IMG/VR virus record: IMGVR_UViG_3300011113_000640
Location: 186,001 to 250,000 of that record
Direction: 5' to 3' (one strand)
Length of the DNA: 64,000 nucleotides
Both the position numbers and the translations under genes were made by a program. The notes below the pieces were generated by a model. That model was not told where the DNA came from. It did no database searches and was given only the letters and a program-made list of their open reading frames with translations. Positions 26,135 through 37,800 of this stretch are shown in pieces (position 1 is the first letter of the stretch; each line of letters starts with the position of its first letter).

Positions 26135-27778
26135 ATGACAAATCTATTTGAAGCTGAATTTGGAGGAGCGGCCGGCATAGCCGAAGCCACAGGCACCACG
26201 TCTCGAGGCTTTACCGCAGGTATTACCAACACCAGTGCGCCACCCAATGCCTCGGCAGCACCCACAGCGGCCAAAGAAAACATATTCACTGGTCTGTGCG
26301 AAGCCCTTAACACTTATCAGCAAGGCCTGATCAAGGCCAAAAAGCGTGAAGTGGCCGATCAGTATGTGATTGAATTTGCACCACCTCAAATTGGCGCCAG
26401 CACTGTACAACGCCCAGGACCACAGGATACCACTACGGCACCCATGCAGACTCCCAACTCCGCAAGCAAACTTAATCCTGCAGAAAACAAAGTCAATCGC
26501 TCCGGTAGGACCTGGCCCATTGAAGCCGGCACCCAGATCATCAAGGTTATAGATGATGTCATGCGCAACAGCAGTTATATCACCGATCAACAAAATGTCG
26601 AAGTATCAACAGCCACAGACCCTGTGACCGGTATACAACAGCAAAAAAGAAATGTCAAACCCGGATCTGGCGATATGCGTTGGTACAAAATAAACCTAGC
26701 GGTGGAATGGCTGGCCTATGACAATATCATCAGAGATCATGCCTATAAAATGACATTCTTGATCACACCATATCCAGTAGGACAGATGACCAGCATCTAT
26801 TTTCCTGACAGCAGATACCGCGGTGTTCACAAGGCCTACAACCATTGGTTCACCGGCGACAACACACAGATTCTGCAGTATGAACAGCAGTACAACAACA
26901 CATTCCGCATAGTGATGAACGGCACTGGGCCCAACCCACAGCCACCTAGTCGGATTGATTTCCGTGATCAGAATCGTTATATCTACATGGCCACCAGTAG
27001 TGATCAGGCCACCGGAGCAAAAAATTATGCCAACGCACCCGGCGACAGTGCTGCCAGTTTTTTCTACGATCCCAAAAGTTTAAGCCAGGTCAAACTGCGC
27101 ATTGTGGGCGATCCGGCCTGGATGCAACAGGGCGAAGTTGCCACTGGAGTCACAGCTAGAACCTTTGATTTTAATCCATTCAATGCAGATGGAACCATAA
27201 ATTATGACAGTCAGGCCGTGATGTTTAGCGTGGCATTTAACGCACCCGATGACTACAATCTCGCCACAGGCCTGGTAGACGTAAACAAACAACGACGCGG
27301 TGGACAACCACAGGAATACTACACGTTCCAGGCTACCAAATGCAAAAACGTATTCAGCAAAGGCAAATTTGAACAAGAATTGGAAGGCAAATTGGTAACA
27401 GAAAAGAACACGCAACCCAATCGCGCCACCGCAACCACGGCCAGTGGCAGAACCACCACACCCGGAGCCGGCACAGTGACCCCTGGTATCGCAAGAACAA
27501 CCGGCGTTCCTACCTCATTGCCTTATGATGGCTCGTTGGGTTATGCCATACAGGACGAAACCGGGCAGGTCAGTGACCTTAGACGCAACGAGTATGGGGA
27601 CCTTTATGAACCAACAGCCCAGAACTATGACACCACTGGCATACCCGCACCACAGCCGGCCAATCCACCCGAACCACCTGACAGCACCGGCGACATTGAT
27701 GTTTTTGCTGGATTGGCAGGAACAGATCCAGGGTCAACCAGTCAAGGACCACAAATCATAGCCAAGGATGATGCATAA
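26135..27778 (+). CDS. Baseplate hub-like protein (gp27-type), C-terminal part
   Basis: LRIVGDPAWM and KNVFSKGKFEQELEG resemble hub C-terminal motifs. Precedes gp5. Confidence 0.6.
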   Translation: MTNLFEAEFGGAAGIAEATGTTSRGFTAGITNTSAPPNASAAPTAAKENIFTGLCEALNTYQQGLIKAKKREVADQYVIEFAPPQIGASTVQRPGPQDTTTAPMQTPNSASKLNPAENKVNRSGRTWPIEAGTQIIKVIDDVMRNSSYITDQQNVEVSTATDPVTGIQQQKRNVKPGSGDMRWYKINLAVEWLAYDNIIRDHAYKMTFLITPYPVGQMTSIYFPDSRYRGVHKAYNHWFTGDNTQILQYEQQYNNTFRIVMNGTGPNPQPPSRIDFRDQNRYIYMATSSDQATGAKNYANAPGDSAASFFYDPKSLSQVKLRIVGDPAWMQQGEVATGVTARTFDFNPFNADGTINYDSQAVMFSVAFNAPDDYNLATGLVDVNKQRRGGQPQEYYTFQATKCKNVFSKGKFEQELEGKLVTEKNTQPNRATATTASGRTTTPGAGTVTPGIARTTGVPTSLPYDGSLGYAIQDETGQVSDLRRNEYGDLYEPTAQNYDTTGIPAPQPANPPEPPDSTGDIDVFAGLAGTDPGSTSQGPQIIAKDDA

Positions 27779-29280
27779 TGAGTGAACAAACCCCGTCGAC
27801 CTCGCAGTTACCAAGCAACTACCGAGATCCTTTACCGCCTGGAGCCTATCTTGGTGTGGTCAAGAACAATGTGGACTCGGCACGCTCGGGACGTTTGCAG
27901 GTCTACGTGCAACATCGTGGGGCTGCCGATCCCAACAATCCGGCCAACTGGCAGACCGTGGTCTACTGTCCACCATTCTATGGCACCACACCTGTTGGAG
28001 CCCAGGCCGGCACAGGGGCTTACTTACAAGGCAATCCACAGAGCTACGGCATGTGGTTCACACCACCTGATCTAGGCACACAGGTCTTGATACTGCAGGT
28101 GAGCGGAGAAGCCATGGCCTACTATGTAGGGTGTGTGCCGTCCTTGTATGCCACGCACATGATTCCGGCCATTGGCAGCGTGCCCAAAAGCCAAGCCCAA
28201 ACTCAGAATTCGGCACAGTCCAGTTATTTTGCTGGCAGTGCTAGATTGCCAGTGACAGAAATCAATGTGACTGATACCCGGATCAGCCAGAATCCCAAAT
28301 ACTTTGATCAACCCAAACCAGTTCACAGCTACGTGGCCGGCATCTTGTTTCAACAAGGTCTGATCAATGATCCCATACGTGGCACCATAGGTTCAACCAG
28401 CCAGCGTGAAAGCCCCAGCAACTGTTATGGTATCAGCACACCTGGTCGCGCTATCTATGCCGGAGGCATTGGGGCCGGCACTGGTGGTGACGAAGGCATA
28501 GATGCCAACCAACTGCAGGGGCTACCGCCCAGCGCAGCCAAGATCATAGGACGGCGTGGCGGTCACAGCATAGTCATGGACGATGGAGATCTCAACGGTG
28601 AAGACAATCTCATCAGGATAAGGACCAGCAAAGGTCACCAAATAACCATGAGCGACGACGGCAACTGTTTTTATATCTGCCACGCCAACGGACAAAGCTG
28701 GGTAGAACTGGGCCAAGAAGGCACCTTGGATGTGTACAGCACCAACAGTATAAACCTGCGCACCGACGGCACTATAAATCTACATGCCGACAAAGATGTC
28801 AATATCTATGCCGGTGAAAATCTCAACATGAGAGCCAAACAAAACGTGGCTCTCCAGGCTGAAGAAGATCTCAATGTGGCCAACAAAGGCAAGATGACCA
28901 TATTCAGTCAAGGCGCCATAGGTATCAAGAGCAAGAGCACATTAAGTCTGGACAGCCAGCTGGGATCATGGAGTACCAAAGCCGCGCTAAGCCTCAAAGG
29001 GTCGGTTTTGTTGCTCAACAGCGGACCTGGCTTGCCAGTGTCCGCCCCCAAGGGCATTACCAAGTATCTGCAACCCAGCACAGAATACAACGCCAGCACA
29101 GGCTGGGCAGTATCGCCCACAGGCACAGAAAGCATCTGCACACGAGCTCCTACACACGAACCCTACCCTTATCACAATCAAGGTGTAAATGCAATGACCA
29201 CGCTCAGTGATGATTTTGATTCATCACCGCCCGACACACCCAACTTGCCCGACGGTGTTTCTATCCGAGCCGAAAACTAA
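27778..29280 (+). CDS. gp5: Baseplate central spike, gp5/VgrG-like (OB-fold plus beta-helix, no lysozyme)
   Basis: GVVKNNVDSARSGRLQV, YGMWFTPPDLGTQVL, GHSIVMDD, RTSKGHQITMSD, beta-repeat region, RAPTHEP. Confidence 0.85.
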   Translation: MSEQTPSTSQLPSNYRDPLPPGAYLGVVKNNVDSARSGRLQVYVQHRGAADPNNPANWQTVVYCPPFYGTTPVGAQAGTGAYLQGNPQSYGMWFTPPDLGTQVLILQVSGEAMAYYVGCVPSLYATHMIPAIGSVPKSQAQTQNSAQSSYFAGSARLPVTEINVTDTRISQNPKYFDQPKPVHSYVAGILFQQGLINDPIRGTIGSTSQRESPSNCYGISTPGRAIYAGGIGAGTGGDEGIDANQLQGLPPSAAKIIGRRGGHSIVMDDGDLNGEDNLIRIRTSKGHQITMSDDGNCFYICHANGQSWVELGQEGTLDVYSTNSINLRTDGTINLHADKDVNIYAGENLNMRAKQNVALQAEEDLNVANKGKMTIFSQGAIGIKSKSTLSLDSQLGSWSTKAALSLKGSVLLLNSGPGLPVSAPKGITKYLQPSTEYNASTGWAVSPTGTESICTRAPTHEPYPYHNQGVNAMTTLSDDFDSSPPDTPNLPDGVSIRAEN

Positions 29281-31044
29281 ATGAACAAGTTTACCTACAC
29301 TCTTCCGTCGGGCAAACGCTTTACCATGACCACTCCAGATTCAGTAACGCAAATACAAGCGGATGCGATCTTTTACGGTCAGGTGGCGTCGGGTGCCTTG
29401 GCAGGATTTGTAGCTGGACAGACCAAAAGCACGTTGCAAACTCAAGCAGTAAAGTTTTTGCTCAGTCGTCTGGATCGTGGCACAGCCGGAGTAGATGATC
29501 GTGTGATTTTGAGCATAGTCAGTGGTATCCCTAACATCACGGGCTTGCCCAACCTGATCAATGTGCCTTTAGAAAATCCAATCACGCAAGGTGATCTGGC
29601 CAACATTGGATTTGATAATTCTTATACACCTCCGTCCATAGGACCACTGAACTCCAGTCAGGTGCAAGGATTGTTGGCTCAGATTGCCAACTATGTGGCA
29701 CAAGCTCCTGATGTCATGTCCGATACCACAGGTGTAGGACAGTATGGTTTTGATTGCCAGCAACTTGAACAATCTGGTTACGTCAAACCTGGCACCTATA
29801 GAGAGTTTATATTTGACCCCAGTCCGTTGACCAGTGTGCTGAGTGCGCCTGGGATCTGGACCGGAAGAAATGGTATCAATTCGGCCACTGAGTTCTTGAA
29901 TAATCCAGTGGCACAAAACAATGCCATGGCCACCCTGTTGCAACAGAGTTATACCAGTCTCACAGCCAATGGCACCATAACTCCGCCATTTGCACCTCCA
30001 GTGACTGCCGCAGTGGGACAAGTTTTCACACAGAGTGGCCTGCAGACTGTGTCACGATTGAGTGCTGCCACTGGTATCTCTTTACCGGTGCCTACCAACT
30101 TGGTGCCGGTCTTGAGCAACACCAACATCTCCAGCCTGATATCTACTCCTTTGACCAACATTGGCAGTCTGGCCAGCGGGGCTCTAAACAACTTTGCTGG
30201 CGGCAGTCTTCCAAACGTGAGCAGTATTGCCAGTAGTCTTTCAAACACTGTCACTGGCGGAGTTGCTGCCTTGGTTTCAAATGGTAGTATATTTGGCACA
30301 TCAGCAGTGACACAGTGGGCCAAGAGCGGTAGCCTTGACCAATTGTTAACAGGAGGTGGTGGCATTGGAGGTGCTCTAACCAGTGGAGTAACTTCACTGA
30401 CCAACAACATAGCCGGACTCAACGTGCTGGGCAAGGCTTCACAGTTTGCATCCGGTTTTTCAAATCCCTTGACCAGTCTCAGCAACTTGGGCAATTTCAA
30501 TATCAGCAGCCTTACTTCTGGACTGCCCGACATAGGTAGTCTAAGCAATCTAAGCAGCACTTTGACCGGCAGTCTTTCCGGACTATCGTCAAATCTCACT
30601 GGATCGCTCACAGGTCTAGTATCGGGGCAACTGAGCAGTATCACAGGTGCTCTTTCGGGACAACTGGGCAGTTTGACCTCTAGTCTAGGCAGCCTAGGAA
30701 ACTTTGGTAGCCTGGCCAGCCTGCCGGGCCTGGGCAGTCTAGGTGATATAGGTGGCTTGTTTGGTGGTGGTGGCGATGCCCTGGTTAGCTCGGTTCAAGT
30801 GGCACCTGGCTACAGCAACACAGTCAACAGAGCTGAGGTTGATGTGGCCTTTGGCAAAATATTGGGTAGCGCCAAGATACCCAGGCCCTCGTTTGATTAT
30901 TCCGGCCCAGGCAGTGCATCGTTGGGTGCCAACGGAGACATAGCATTTGCACAAAATGCCTTAAAAGCCCTGCAAGGTGCCGGCAACAGAATATTAGAGC
31001 TGGGCACCACGGTGTTTAATCCTAATGAAACTGCTTCTGCCTAA
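29281..31044 (+). CDS. Baseplate-associated protein with a possible lysozyme-like domain and S/L/G-rich amphipathic repeats
   Basis: GVGQYGF..QQLE.SGYVKPG...WTGRNGI...FLNNP.AQ, followed by a long low-complexity S/L/G/T tract. Confidence 0.55.
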   Translation: MNKFTYTLPSGKRFTMTTPDSVTQIQADAIFYGQVASGALAGFVAGQTKSTLQTQAVKFLLSRLDRGTAGVDDRVILSIVSGIPNITGLPNLINVPLENPITQGDLANIGFDNSYTPPSIGPLNSSQVQGLLAQIANYVAQAPDVMSDTTGVGQYGFDCQQLEQSGYVKPGTYREFIFDPSPLTSVLSAPGIWTGRNGINSATEFLNNPVAQNNAMATLLQQSYTSLTANGTITPPFAPPVTAAVGQVFTQSGLQTVSRLSAATGISLPVPTNLVPVLSNTNISSLISTPLTNIGSLASGALNNFAGGSLPNVSSIASSLSNTVTGGVAALVSNGSIFGTSAVTQWAKSGSLDQLLTGGGGIGGALTSGVTSLTNNIAGLNVLGKASQFASGFSNPLTSLSNLGNFNISSLTSGLPDIGSLSNLSSTLTGSLSGLSSNLTGSLTGLVSGQLSSITGALSGQLGSLTSSLGSLGNFGSLASLPGLGSLGDIGGLFGGGGDALVSSVQVAPGYSNTVNRAEVDVAFGKILGSAKIPRPSFDYSGPGSASLGANGDIAFAQNALKALQGAGNRILELGTTVFNPNETASA

Positions 31045-31048
31045 CGAG

Positions 31049-31054
31049 TAAATA
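31049..31054 (+). promoter_or_regulatory. Late promoter TAAATA, 4 nt before the ATG
   Basis: TAAATA-CATC-ATG(31059). Confidence 0.6.
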
Positions 31055-31058
31055 CATC

Positions 31059-31433
31059 ATGCCCACTTTTATAGGATTCAATACCATCAATCAGAACAAA
31101 AAATTCACAGCCGTGGATTTTGATCTGATCAAGATAGATCTTCTCAATGCTTTCAACATACGTCAAGGTGAGTTGCCAGGAAGACCCGGCTATGGAACCA
31201 TAATCTGGACTTATCTGTTTGAAAATCAAACGCAGGAGACCCAGGCTGCCATAGTCAACGAAATCCAGCGTGTGGCTGGTGGAGATCCCCGAGTCTACAT
31301 CAGTGGCGTGCAGTTATTTCCACAGCAAAATGGCATCTTGATCCAGCTGGGTTTGGCTGTGGTACCCAGCACACAGGCACAACAGTTGAGCATATTTTTT
31401 GATCAACAACAACGTTCTGCCAGCTACGTTTAA
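31059..31433 (+). CDS. gp25: Baseplate wedge protein, gp25-like
   Basis: LIKIDLLNAFNIRQGELPGRPGYGTIIW, DPRV. Confidence 0.9.
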   Translation: MPTFIGFNTINQNKKFTAVDFDLIKIDLLNAFNIRQGELPGRPGYGTIIWTYLFENQTQETQAAIVNEIQRVAGGDPRVYISGVQLFPQQNGILIQLGLAVVPSTQAQQLSIFFDQQQRSASYV

Positions 31434-31454
31434 CTACCCAGTTTATAATATTGG

Positions 31455-31460
31455 TAAATA
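31455..31460 (+). promoter_or_regulatory. Late promoter TAAATA
   Basis: Intergenic, upstream of the gp6-like gene. Confidence 0.55.
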
Positions 31461-31478
31461 TTAGAACAGGGAACATTC

Positions 31479-34400
31479 ATGGCCACAACGTCTAGACAAA
31501 CAGCGATTTTTGGTGTAGAAGATTGGAAGCAGATCTATCAAACCTATCAAGAAGCCAACTTTCAAAGCTATGATTTTGAAACACTGCGCAAGACTTTTGT
31601 GGATTATTTGCGCACCTACTATCCAGAAACATTCAACGACTACATTGAAAGTTCAGAATTCATTGCCTTGCTGGATGTCATGGCATTTATGGGCCAGGCC
31701 CTGGCTTTCCGCACAGATCTCAACACCAGAGAAAACTATTTAGACACTGCCGAGCGTCGCGACAGTGTGGTCAAGCTGGCCAACTTGGTAAGTTATAGTC
31801 CCAAGCGAAATACCGAAGCTTCGGGCTTGCTCAAGGTATTCAGCATTTCTACTACAGAAAACATCATAGACTTTACTGGAGCTAATCTGGCCAACATCAC
31901 GGTCAACTGGGCCGACCCTACAAATTTAAACTGGCAAGAACAGTTTACCACCATCTTGAATGCGGCCTTGGTCAACACACAAAAATTTGGTAACCCCGGT
32001 GCAAATCAAGTCATCCTGGGAGTTGACACACAAGAATATACCATAAACCTGGTTCCTGGATACTTGCCGGTCATACCCTATACCTCCACCATAGACACAG
32101 TCAACATGCCATTTGAAGTGGTCAGTAGCACCACCTTGGGCGAAAATTTCATCTACGAACCTCCGCCTTTACCTAATGGTCAGTTCAACATCCTGTTTAG
32201 GAATGATCAACAGGGATTTCTTAGTGCCAACACTGGTTTCTTTTTCTTGTTCAAACAAGGAGTACTACAGAATCAAGATTTCAACTTGCCAGAACGCATA
32301 ACCAATCGTGCTGTGGCCATCAACATTGAAGGGGTAAACAACACTGATGTATGGTTGTATCAACTTGACAACGTGGGCAACATTTCCAACTATTGGCAAA
32401 AGGTACAAAGTGTTTATGCGGCAGCAGTTGAACAGTTGGCACCCGGAACAAGAAATATCTACAGTGTGACCAGCCGTACCAATGATCAGATCACTCTTAA
32501 CTTTGGCGACGGTGTGTTTTCTACCATACCAGTAGGTACCTTCCGTACCTATGTGCGTGCCAGCAATGGTCTTACCTACATTATCAACCCGGTAGAGATG
32601 CAAAGCGTGGCCATACCCATCAGTTATGTCAGCCGCACAGGGCAGATCGAAACCATGACTCTTACCTGTGGATTGACCAATCCTGTGACCAACGCCCAGG
32701 CACGCGAGACCATAACCACCATCAAACAACGAGCACCTGCACAATATTACACACAGAACAGGATGGTCAACGGTGAAGACTATTCGCAGTTTCCATTCAC
32801 ACAATACAACAGTATTTTAAAAAGCACAGCCGTCAATCGTGCCAGCATTGGTACCAGCCGTTATCTCGATCTAGTGGACCCCACTGGAAAATATTCCAGC
32901 ACCGACATTTTTGCCAGCGATGGCGCACTATGGGAAAGCAATGATCTCTATAGCTTTCAATTTTCTTGGTTGACTACCAACGATATTTCAGATGCTGTAA
33001 TCAACCAGATCTCGCCCTTGGCGTTGCGTGCAGGGCTACAACAATTTTACTATGCCAATTATGTCAGACCCAATTTAGCAGTGCTGAATTTTACTTGGAA
33101 TCAAAGCACAGTGCTGACCAATGAGACCACGGGCTATTTTCAAAACGCAGCCGGCAATCCTGTGCCCATTGGTATCTTTACCAGCAACAATGCCAAATAC
33201 ATAACAGAACGAAGCCTGGTACAATTTGCTGCACCCACTGGCTTTTACTTCGACGCAAACAATCACCTGGTGGTAGGAGTCCCCACACGTGCCGATGACA
33301 AGCTGACCATATGGGCCAGCCCCACCGCGGTGTACGAAGCCGGCAATGCCCAGGGCTATGGCAATCTTCCGTCTGGAGTGGGTCCTGTGGTACTCAACAA
33401 TTACGTGCCCACAGGTGCTATACCTGTGCAGGTCATTCCGGTTTTTATCACTGACATTCCTGTGTCTGTGCAACAAAGCATAGTATCACAGATAGCATTG
33501 AATCAGAATTTTGGACTGGGATATAATAATCTCACAGCTACCTGGTATGTGATCACTTCCAATAATCTAGCAACAAATGCTGCATTTAGCTTGGCCAATG
33601 CCCAAAGCACAACTGGAACCAACCAGGATGCCAGTTGGTTGGTACAGGCCACCTACAATGGAACAAGCTACACCGTGGTATCCAGGAGTCTAGATTATTT
33701 CTTTGGCAGTGTATTACAGACAAGATTTTTCTTTTATACCAGCGATCCCATCTACGACAGCAGGACCGGCACTGTGATCAGTGACTATGTGAACATACTT
33801 AAAATCAACACACAACCAGATTTGGCTGAGCCATTGGGATCTGACACAGTGTTGAACATAATAGATCAACCTGTGCTCAGTGATGGACTGGTGGACGATT
33901 TCCAGGTTGTGGTCAGTTTTGCCCAGGCACCCGACAATCTCACTCCAGTGAATCCAGACTTCTTTACTGATATAGTGGCACCCACAGTGGATGCCAATTC
34001 TAAATTGGTTTTCTTTGAAGCCACAGTGGATTTTGACAACCTACAGCGTTTCCTGTTGCTGGAACCTGGTGTGGTCAACAGTGATTATGCCACAAAAACC
34101 GCCATACAAGCTGTACAGACTCAATATGTCACAGGACAAGTTTTCTATGCCTATAGCGAGGGAAATTTCTATGTGTTGAGTCTAGACAGTCTAGGTGATC
34201 CTACCTTGCTTTCAAGCACAAATTATTTGGCAAAAACAGGCAGACAAGACTTGTATTTCCAATACAGACACAATAGTCCGTTGACCAGTAGAATCGATCC
34301 AGGCAGTACCAACATCATCGATGCCTATGTGGTCACCAATGCTTACTATACTGCTTATATCAATTGGTTGCAAGATACCACAGGCACAGTTGTTGAACCT

Positions 34401-34883
34401 TTGCCTCCTACCATCGATGAATTAAACACGGCCTATCAAGGACTACAAGATTTCAAGATGTTGTCTGACAACATGATCCTCAACAGCGTGGATTTTCAAC
34501 CCTTGTTTGGGCAAAAGGCCGACCCAGCCTTGCGTGGAATAATCAAGGTCATACGTGCAGCTGGTAGCACAGCCAGTGTAAGTACCATAAAAAATCTTGT
34601 GCTGGCCAATCTCAATGCATTTTTTGATATAGCTAACTGGAACTTTGGCGACACCTTTTATTTCAGCGAACTATCGGCCTACATACATCAAAACATTGGT
34701 GACACCGTCAGCAGTGTGGTCTTGGTTCCACTTAATACACAAAAGAGCTTTGGTGACTTGTACGAGATAAGATGTGCCCCCAATCAGATTTTTGTCAACG
34801 GTGCCACGGTCAATGACATTGAAGTGATCACTGCTTTGACCAGCACCAATCTGCAGACTGCTCCTGGTAGTGGAGTGATTTAA
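31479..34883 (+). CDS. gp6: Baseplate wedge protein, gp6-like
   Basis: YDFETLR, ENYLDTAERRDSV..LA..VSY.PKR, FGDG, ET...IKQRAP..YYTQNRMVNGEDY. Confidence 0.9.
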   Translation: MATTSRQTAIFGVEDWKQIYQTYQEANFQSYDFETLRKTFVDYLRTYYPETFNDYIESSEFIALLDVMAFMGQALAFRTDLNTRENYLDTAERRDSVVKLANLVSYSPKRNTEASGLLKVFSISTTENIIDFTGANLANITVNWADPTNLNWQEQFTTILNAALVNTQKFGNPGANQVILGVDTQEYTINLVPGYLPVIPYTSTIDTVNMPFEVVSSTTLGENFIYEPPPLPNGQFNILFRNDQQGFLSANTGFFFLFKQGVLQNQDFNLPERITNRAVAINIEGVNNTDVWLYQLDNVGNISNYWQKVQSVYAAAVEQLAPGTRNIYSVTSRTNDQITLNFGDGVFSTIPVGTFRTYVRASNGLTYIINPVEMQSVAIPISYVSRTGQIETMTLTCGLTNPVTNAQARETITTIKQRAPAQYYTQNRMVNGEDYSQFPFTQYNSILKSTAVNRASIGTSRYLDLVDPTGKYSSTDIFASDGALWESNDLYSFQFSWLTTNDISDAVINQISPLALRAGLQQFYYANYVRPNLAVLNFTWNQSTVLTNETTGYFQNAAGNPVPIGIFTSNNAKYITERSLVQFAAPTGFYFDANNHLVVGVPTRADDKLTIWASPTAVYEAGNAQGYGNLPSGVGPVVLNNYVPTGAIPVQVIPVFITDIPVSVQQSIVSQIALNQNFGLGYNNLTATWYVITSNNLATNAAFSLANAQSTTGTNQDASWLVQATYNGTSYTVVSRSLDYFFGSVLQTRFFFYTSDPIYDSRTGTVISDYVNILKINTQPDLAEPLGSDTVLNIIDQPVLSDGLVDDFQVVVSFAQAPDNLTPVNPDFFTDIVAPTVDANSKLVFFEATVDFDNLQRFLLLEPGVVNSDYATKTAIQAVQTQYVTGQVFYAYSEGNFYVLSLDSLGDPTLLSSTNYLAKTGRQDLYFQYRHNSPLTSRIDPGSTNIIDAYVVTNAYYTAYINWLQDTTGTVVEPLPPTIDELNTAYQGLQDFKMLSDNMILNSVDFQPLFGQKADPALRGIIKVIRAAGSTASVSTIKNLVLANLNAFFDIANWNFGDTFYFSELSAYIHQNIGDTVSSVVLVPLNTQKSFGDLYEIRCAPNQIFVNGATVNDIEVITALTSTNLQTAPGSGVI

Positions 34884-37800
34884 TGGCCAAGCAAGTACGC
34901 AGTGTAGATTTTCTTCCAGAGATCTTCCAGACTCCGATCAACAAACAATTTTTGTCAGCCACGCTGGATCAGCTGATACAAAATCCTGAGTTCTCTCAAA
35001 CACAAGGCTTTGTGGGTCGGCGCATAGGCCCCGGAGTCAATGCCAATGACTACTATGTGATTGAACCTACCAAGACCCGTACTGACTATCAGTTAGAGCC
35101 CGGAGTAGTGCAGGTAGATCCAGACAACATTCAACAAGTGGTAGATGCCATAACCTATCCCGGAATCAACGATGGCCTGGGCACACAAGGCGCATATACC
35201 AACAACGCCGATCGCTTGTATACCAGCGATTATTATACTTGGGATCCATTTGTGGATTTTGACAAGTTTGTCAACTATGCACAATATTATTGGTTACCAG
35301 GAGGTCCCTTGCCCGTGGATGTCAGCAGCACTGAAATTCCACTCACAGACACTTTTACAGTGACACGAGCCAATGGTGCCTACACCATCACAGGTGCGAC
35401 CGGAACCAATCCAGAAATCACGCTGGCACGTGGAGGCAGTTATGAATTTAAGGTAGCACAAAACGCCCAAGAAACTGAAACATTTTCAGTTAGAAACGCT
35501 GACACCAGCAACTGGAACATAGACTTCCAGGCCAATCCTACCTTGACCTTGACACGTGGCAACACTTATGTGTTCAATCTCACACAGACATTTCCTTGGA
35601 GTTTTTGGATCAAGACCGAGGCCACTCTGGGCACCACCAACATCTATGATCCAACCTTGCCCAATGGCATCAAGGCCATCAGCAACAACGGTGCCGGCAC
35701 TGGCTTGATCACATTTACAGTGCCACAAACGGCACCTGATACCTTGTACTATGCCAACGATGTAGAATTCAACTTGCGTGGCCAGATCAACGTCATAGAC
35801 GCAACCCCCGGAACCGGTGCTGGTTTTTGGATACAAACAGATCCCGGTGTAAATGGACGTATTCCGTCTACGCCCAATATCAGCAGCCGACTTGGCACCG
35901 AACAAGGAGTGATCAACAACGGAGAAGATTTAGGTACTATTACATTCAATGTGCCTGCAGTGACCGCACAAGATTTTTACTTCAACATGCCTAACATAGG
36001 ACTAGTAGATGTGGTCACTGATCTAGGCTTCAATGATATCAATGGTGTGTACCTTGACGACTTTTTTGCTGCATATCCCACTGGTATAGATGGTACTACT
36101 AGTTTGCAAAATCTCACCTTGGTATTCCTTAGCCAGGATGCTAATCCGACCCCAGCAAATCTCTATGATCTCTGGCGCATTCAGTATTTGACCGACGTCA
36201 ATGGAACTTATTTTAATTTGCAATACGTTGAAAGCATTGATGTTGAAAACAAATTTGTGGTTGGATTTGGCGAGGTCACATCCAATACCAGTTGGTACAA
36301 GACCACCGACGGATGGTTTGAACAAATACCTTTGTTGACCGCAGATCGTGATGTGTTGTTTTATCAAGATGGTACTGACCCAGGAATATTTGGTCGCATA
36401 CGCTTGGTAGATGCTGTGGGATCGCCTTTGCCTGTCAACGAAATCATTGGCGCCAAGAACTACACAAGTCCCAATGGAGTCGCATTCAGCAACGGAATGA
36501 AAGTGGTATTCCGTGGTCCTGTGACACCTGCCTCTTATCAAAACAACGAATACTATGTGGAAGGTGTAGGAACGGCCATTCAACTATTGCTGACTGATGA
36601 ATTTGTAACTCCAGAAACTTATACTCAATCAGCTTTGGTACCATATGATACTACTCCGTATGACACTGACCCTTTTGATGACAGCCTAAACCAACCTCTA
36701 GTACCGGATTATCTCACCATCAACCGTGCCAGTCCAGATCTCAATGCCTGGACCCGAAGCAATCGTTGGTTTCACATAGACGTAATCAACGCATCTGCGG
36801 CCTACAATAATTTTGTACCTACCCTGGACAATCGTTTTAGAGCACGCAGACCAATCTTGGAGTTCCGTGCAGGAACAAGATTGTATAATTCAGGCACGCA
36901 AGGCTTGCCACCTGTCAACCTAGTGGATCTTGTGACCACTGATGCCTTGAGCACAGTCAACGGTAGCCTTGGTTACAGTTCAGATGGTTACACTCTGCTT
37001 GATGGAAGTACGGTAATCTTTGCTGCAGACACAGACCCAGAAGTGCGCAATAAAGTTTATCAAGTACAGTTTGTTACTGTGGACACCAATGCAGAAGATT
37101 CTACCATAGTTGATGTGCCTGTGATAGTATTGACACCAATAGCCACAGCCCAAGTAGACAACACCGTGGTATGTTTGGACGGAATAGAATACCAGGGTTT
37201 CACATACTACTACGATGGGGCAGAATGGGTAGAAGCACAACTCAAAATCAGTGTCAATCAACCTCCGCTGTTTGATGTCTATGATACCAATGGCATAAGT
37301 TTCGGCAATCAAACCATTTATCCTAGTTCAAATTTCACAGGCAGTCCGTTGTTCAGTTATGCCATTGGGGATGCAGAGCCTGATTTGGTGCTGGGATTTC
37401 CTTTGACTTATCTCAGCTTGACCAATATAGGTGACATAGTATTTGACAACAACCTTTACAAGGACTCATTTTCATACACTGTAAACAGTCAAGGCCAATC
37501 TGTGCCTATCAGCACAGGTTTTGTAAGACAGTATTCTGATCGTTTGAACTATCAACGCGAGTTGGGCTGGCAAACAGGTATTACCTCCAGTCTGGTCCGT
37601 CAACAGTTCCGTTTTGTCTATGATGGTGCTCCTTTGTTGTTGGATGTGGCGGTAACTACCGATAACACAGTACCTGCCGTACAAATATTCATCAATGGAC
37701 TGTTTGTAGAATCCAATAATTATACCTACACCATTGGTACCAACACAACAACCATAAATTTCTCTACTACCTATGTGCCCAGCGATGTGATTGAAGTGTC

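Noticed and set aside
29949-30644. 231-aa minus-strand ORF
   Set aside because: Antisense shadow of the low-complexity S/L/G tract.
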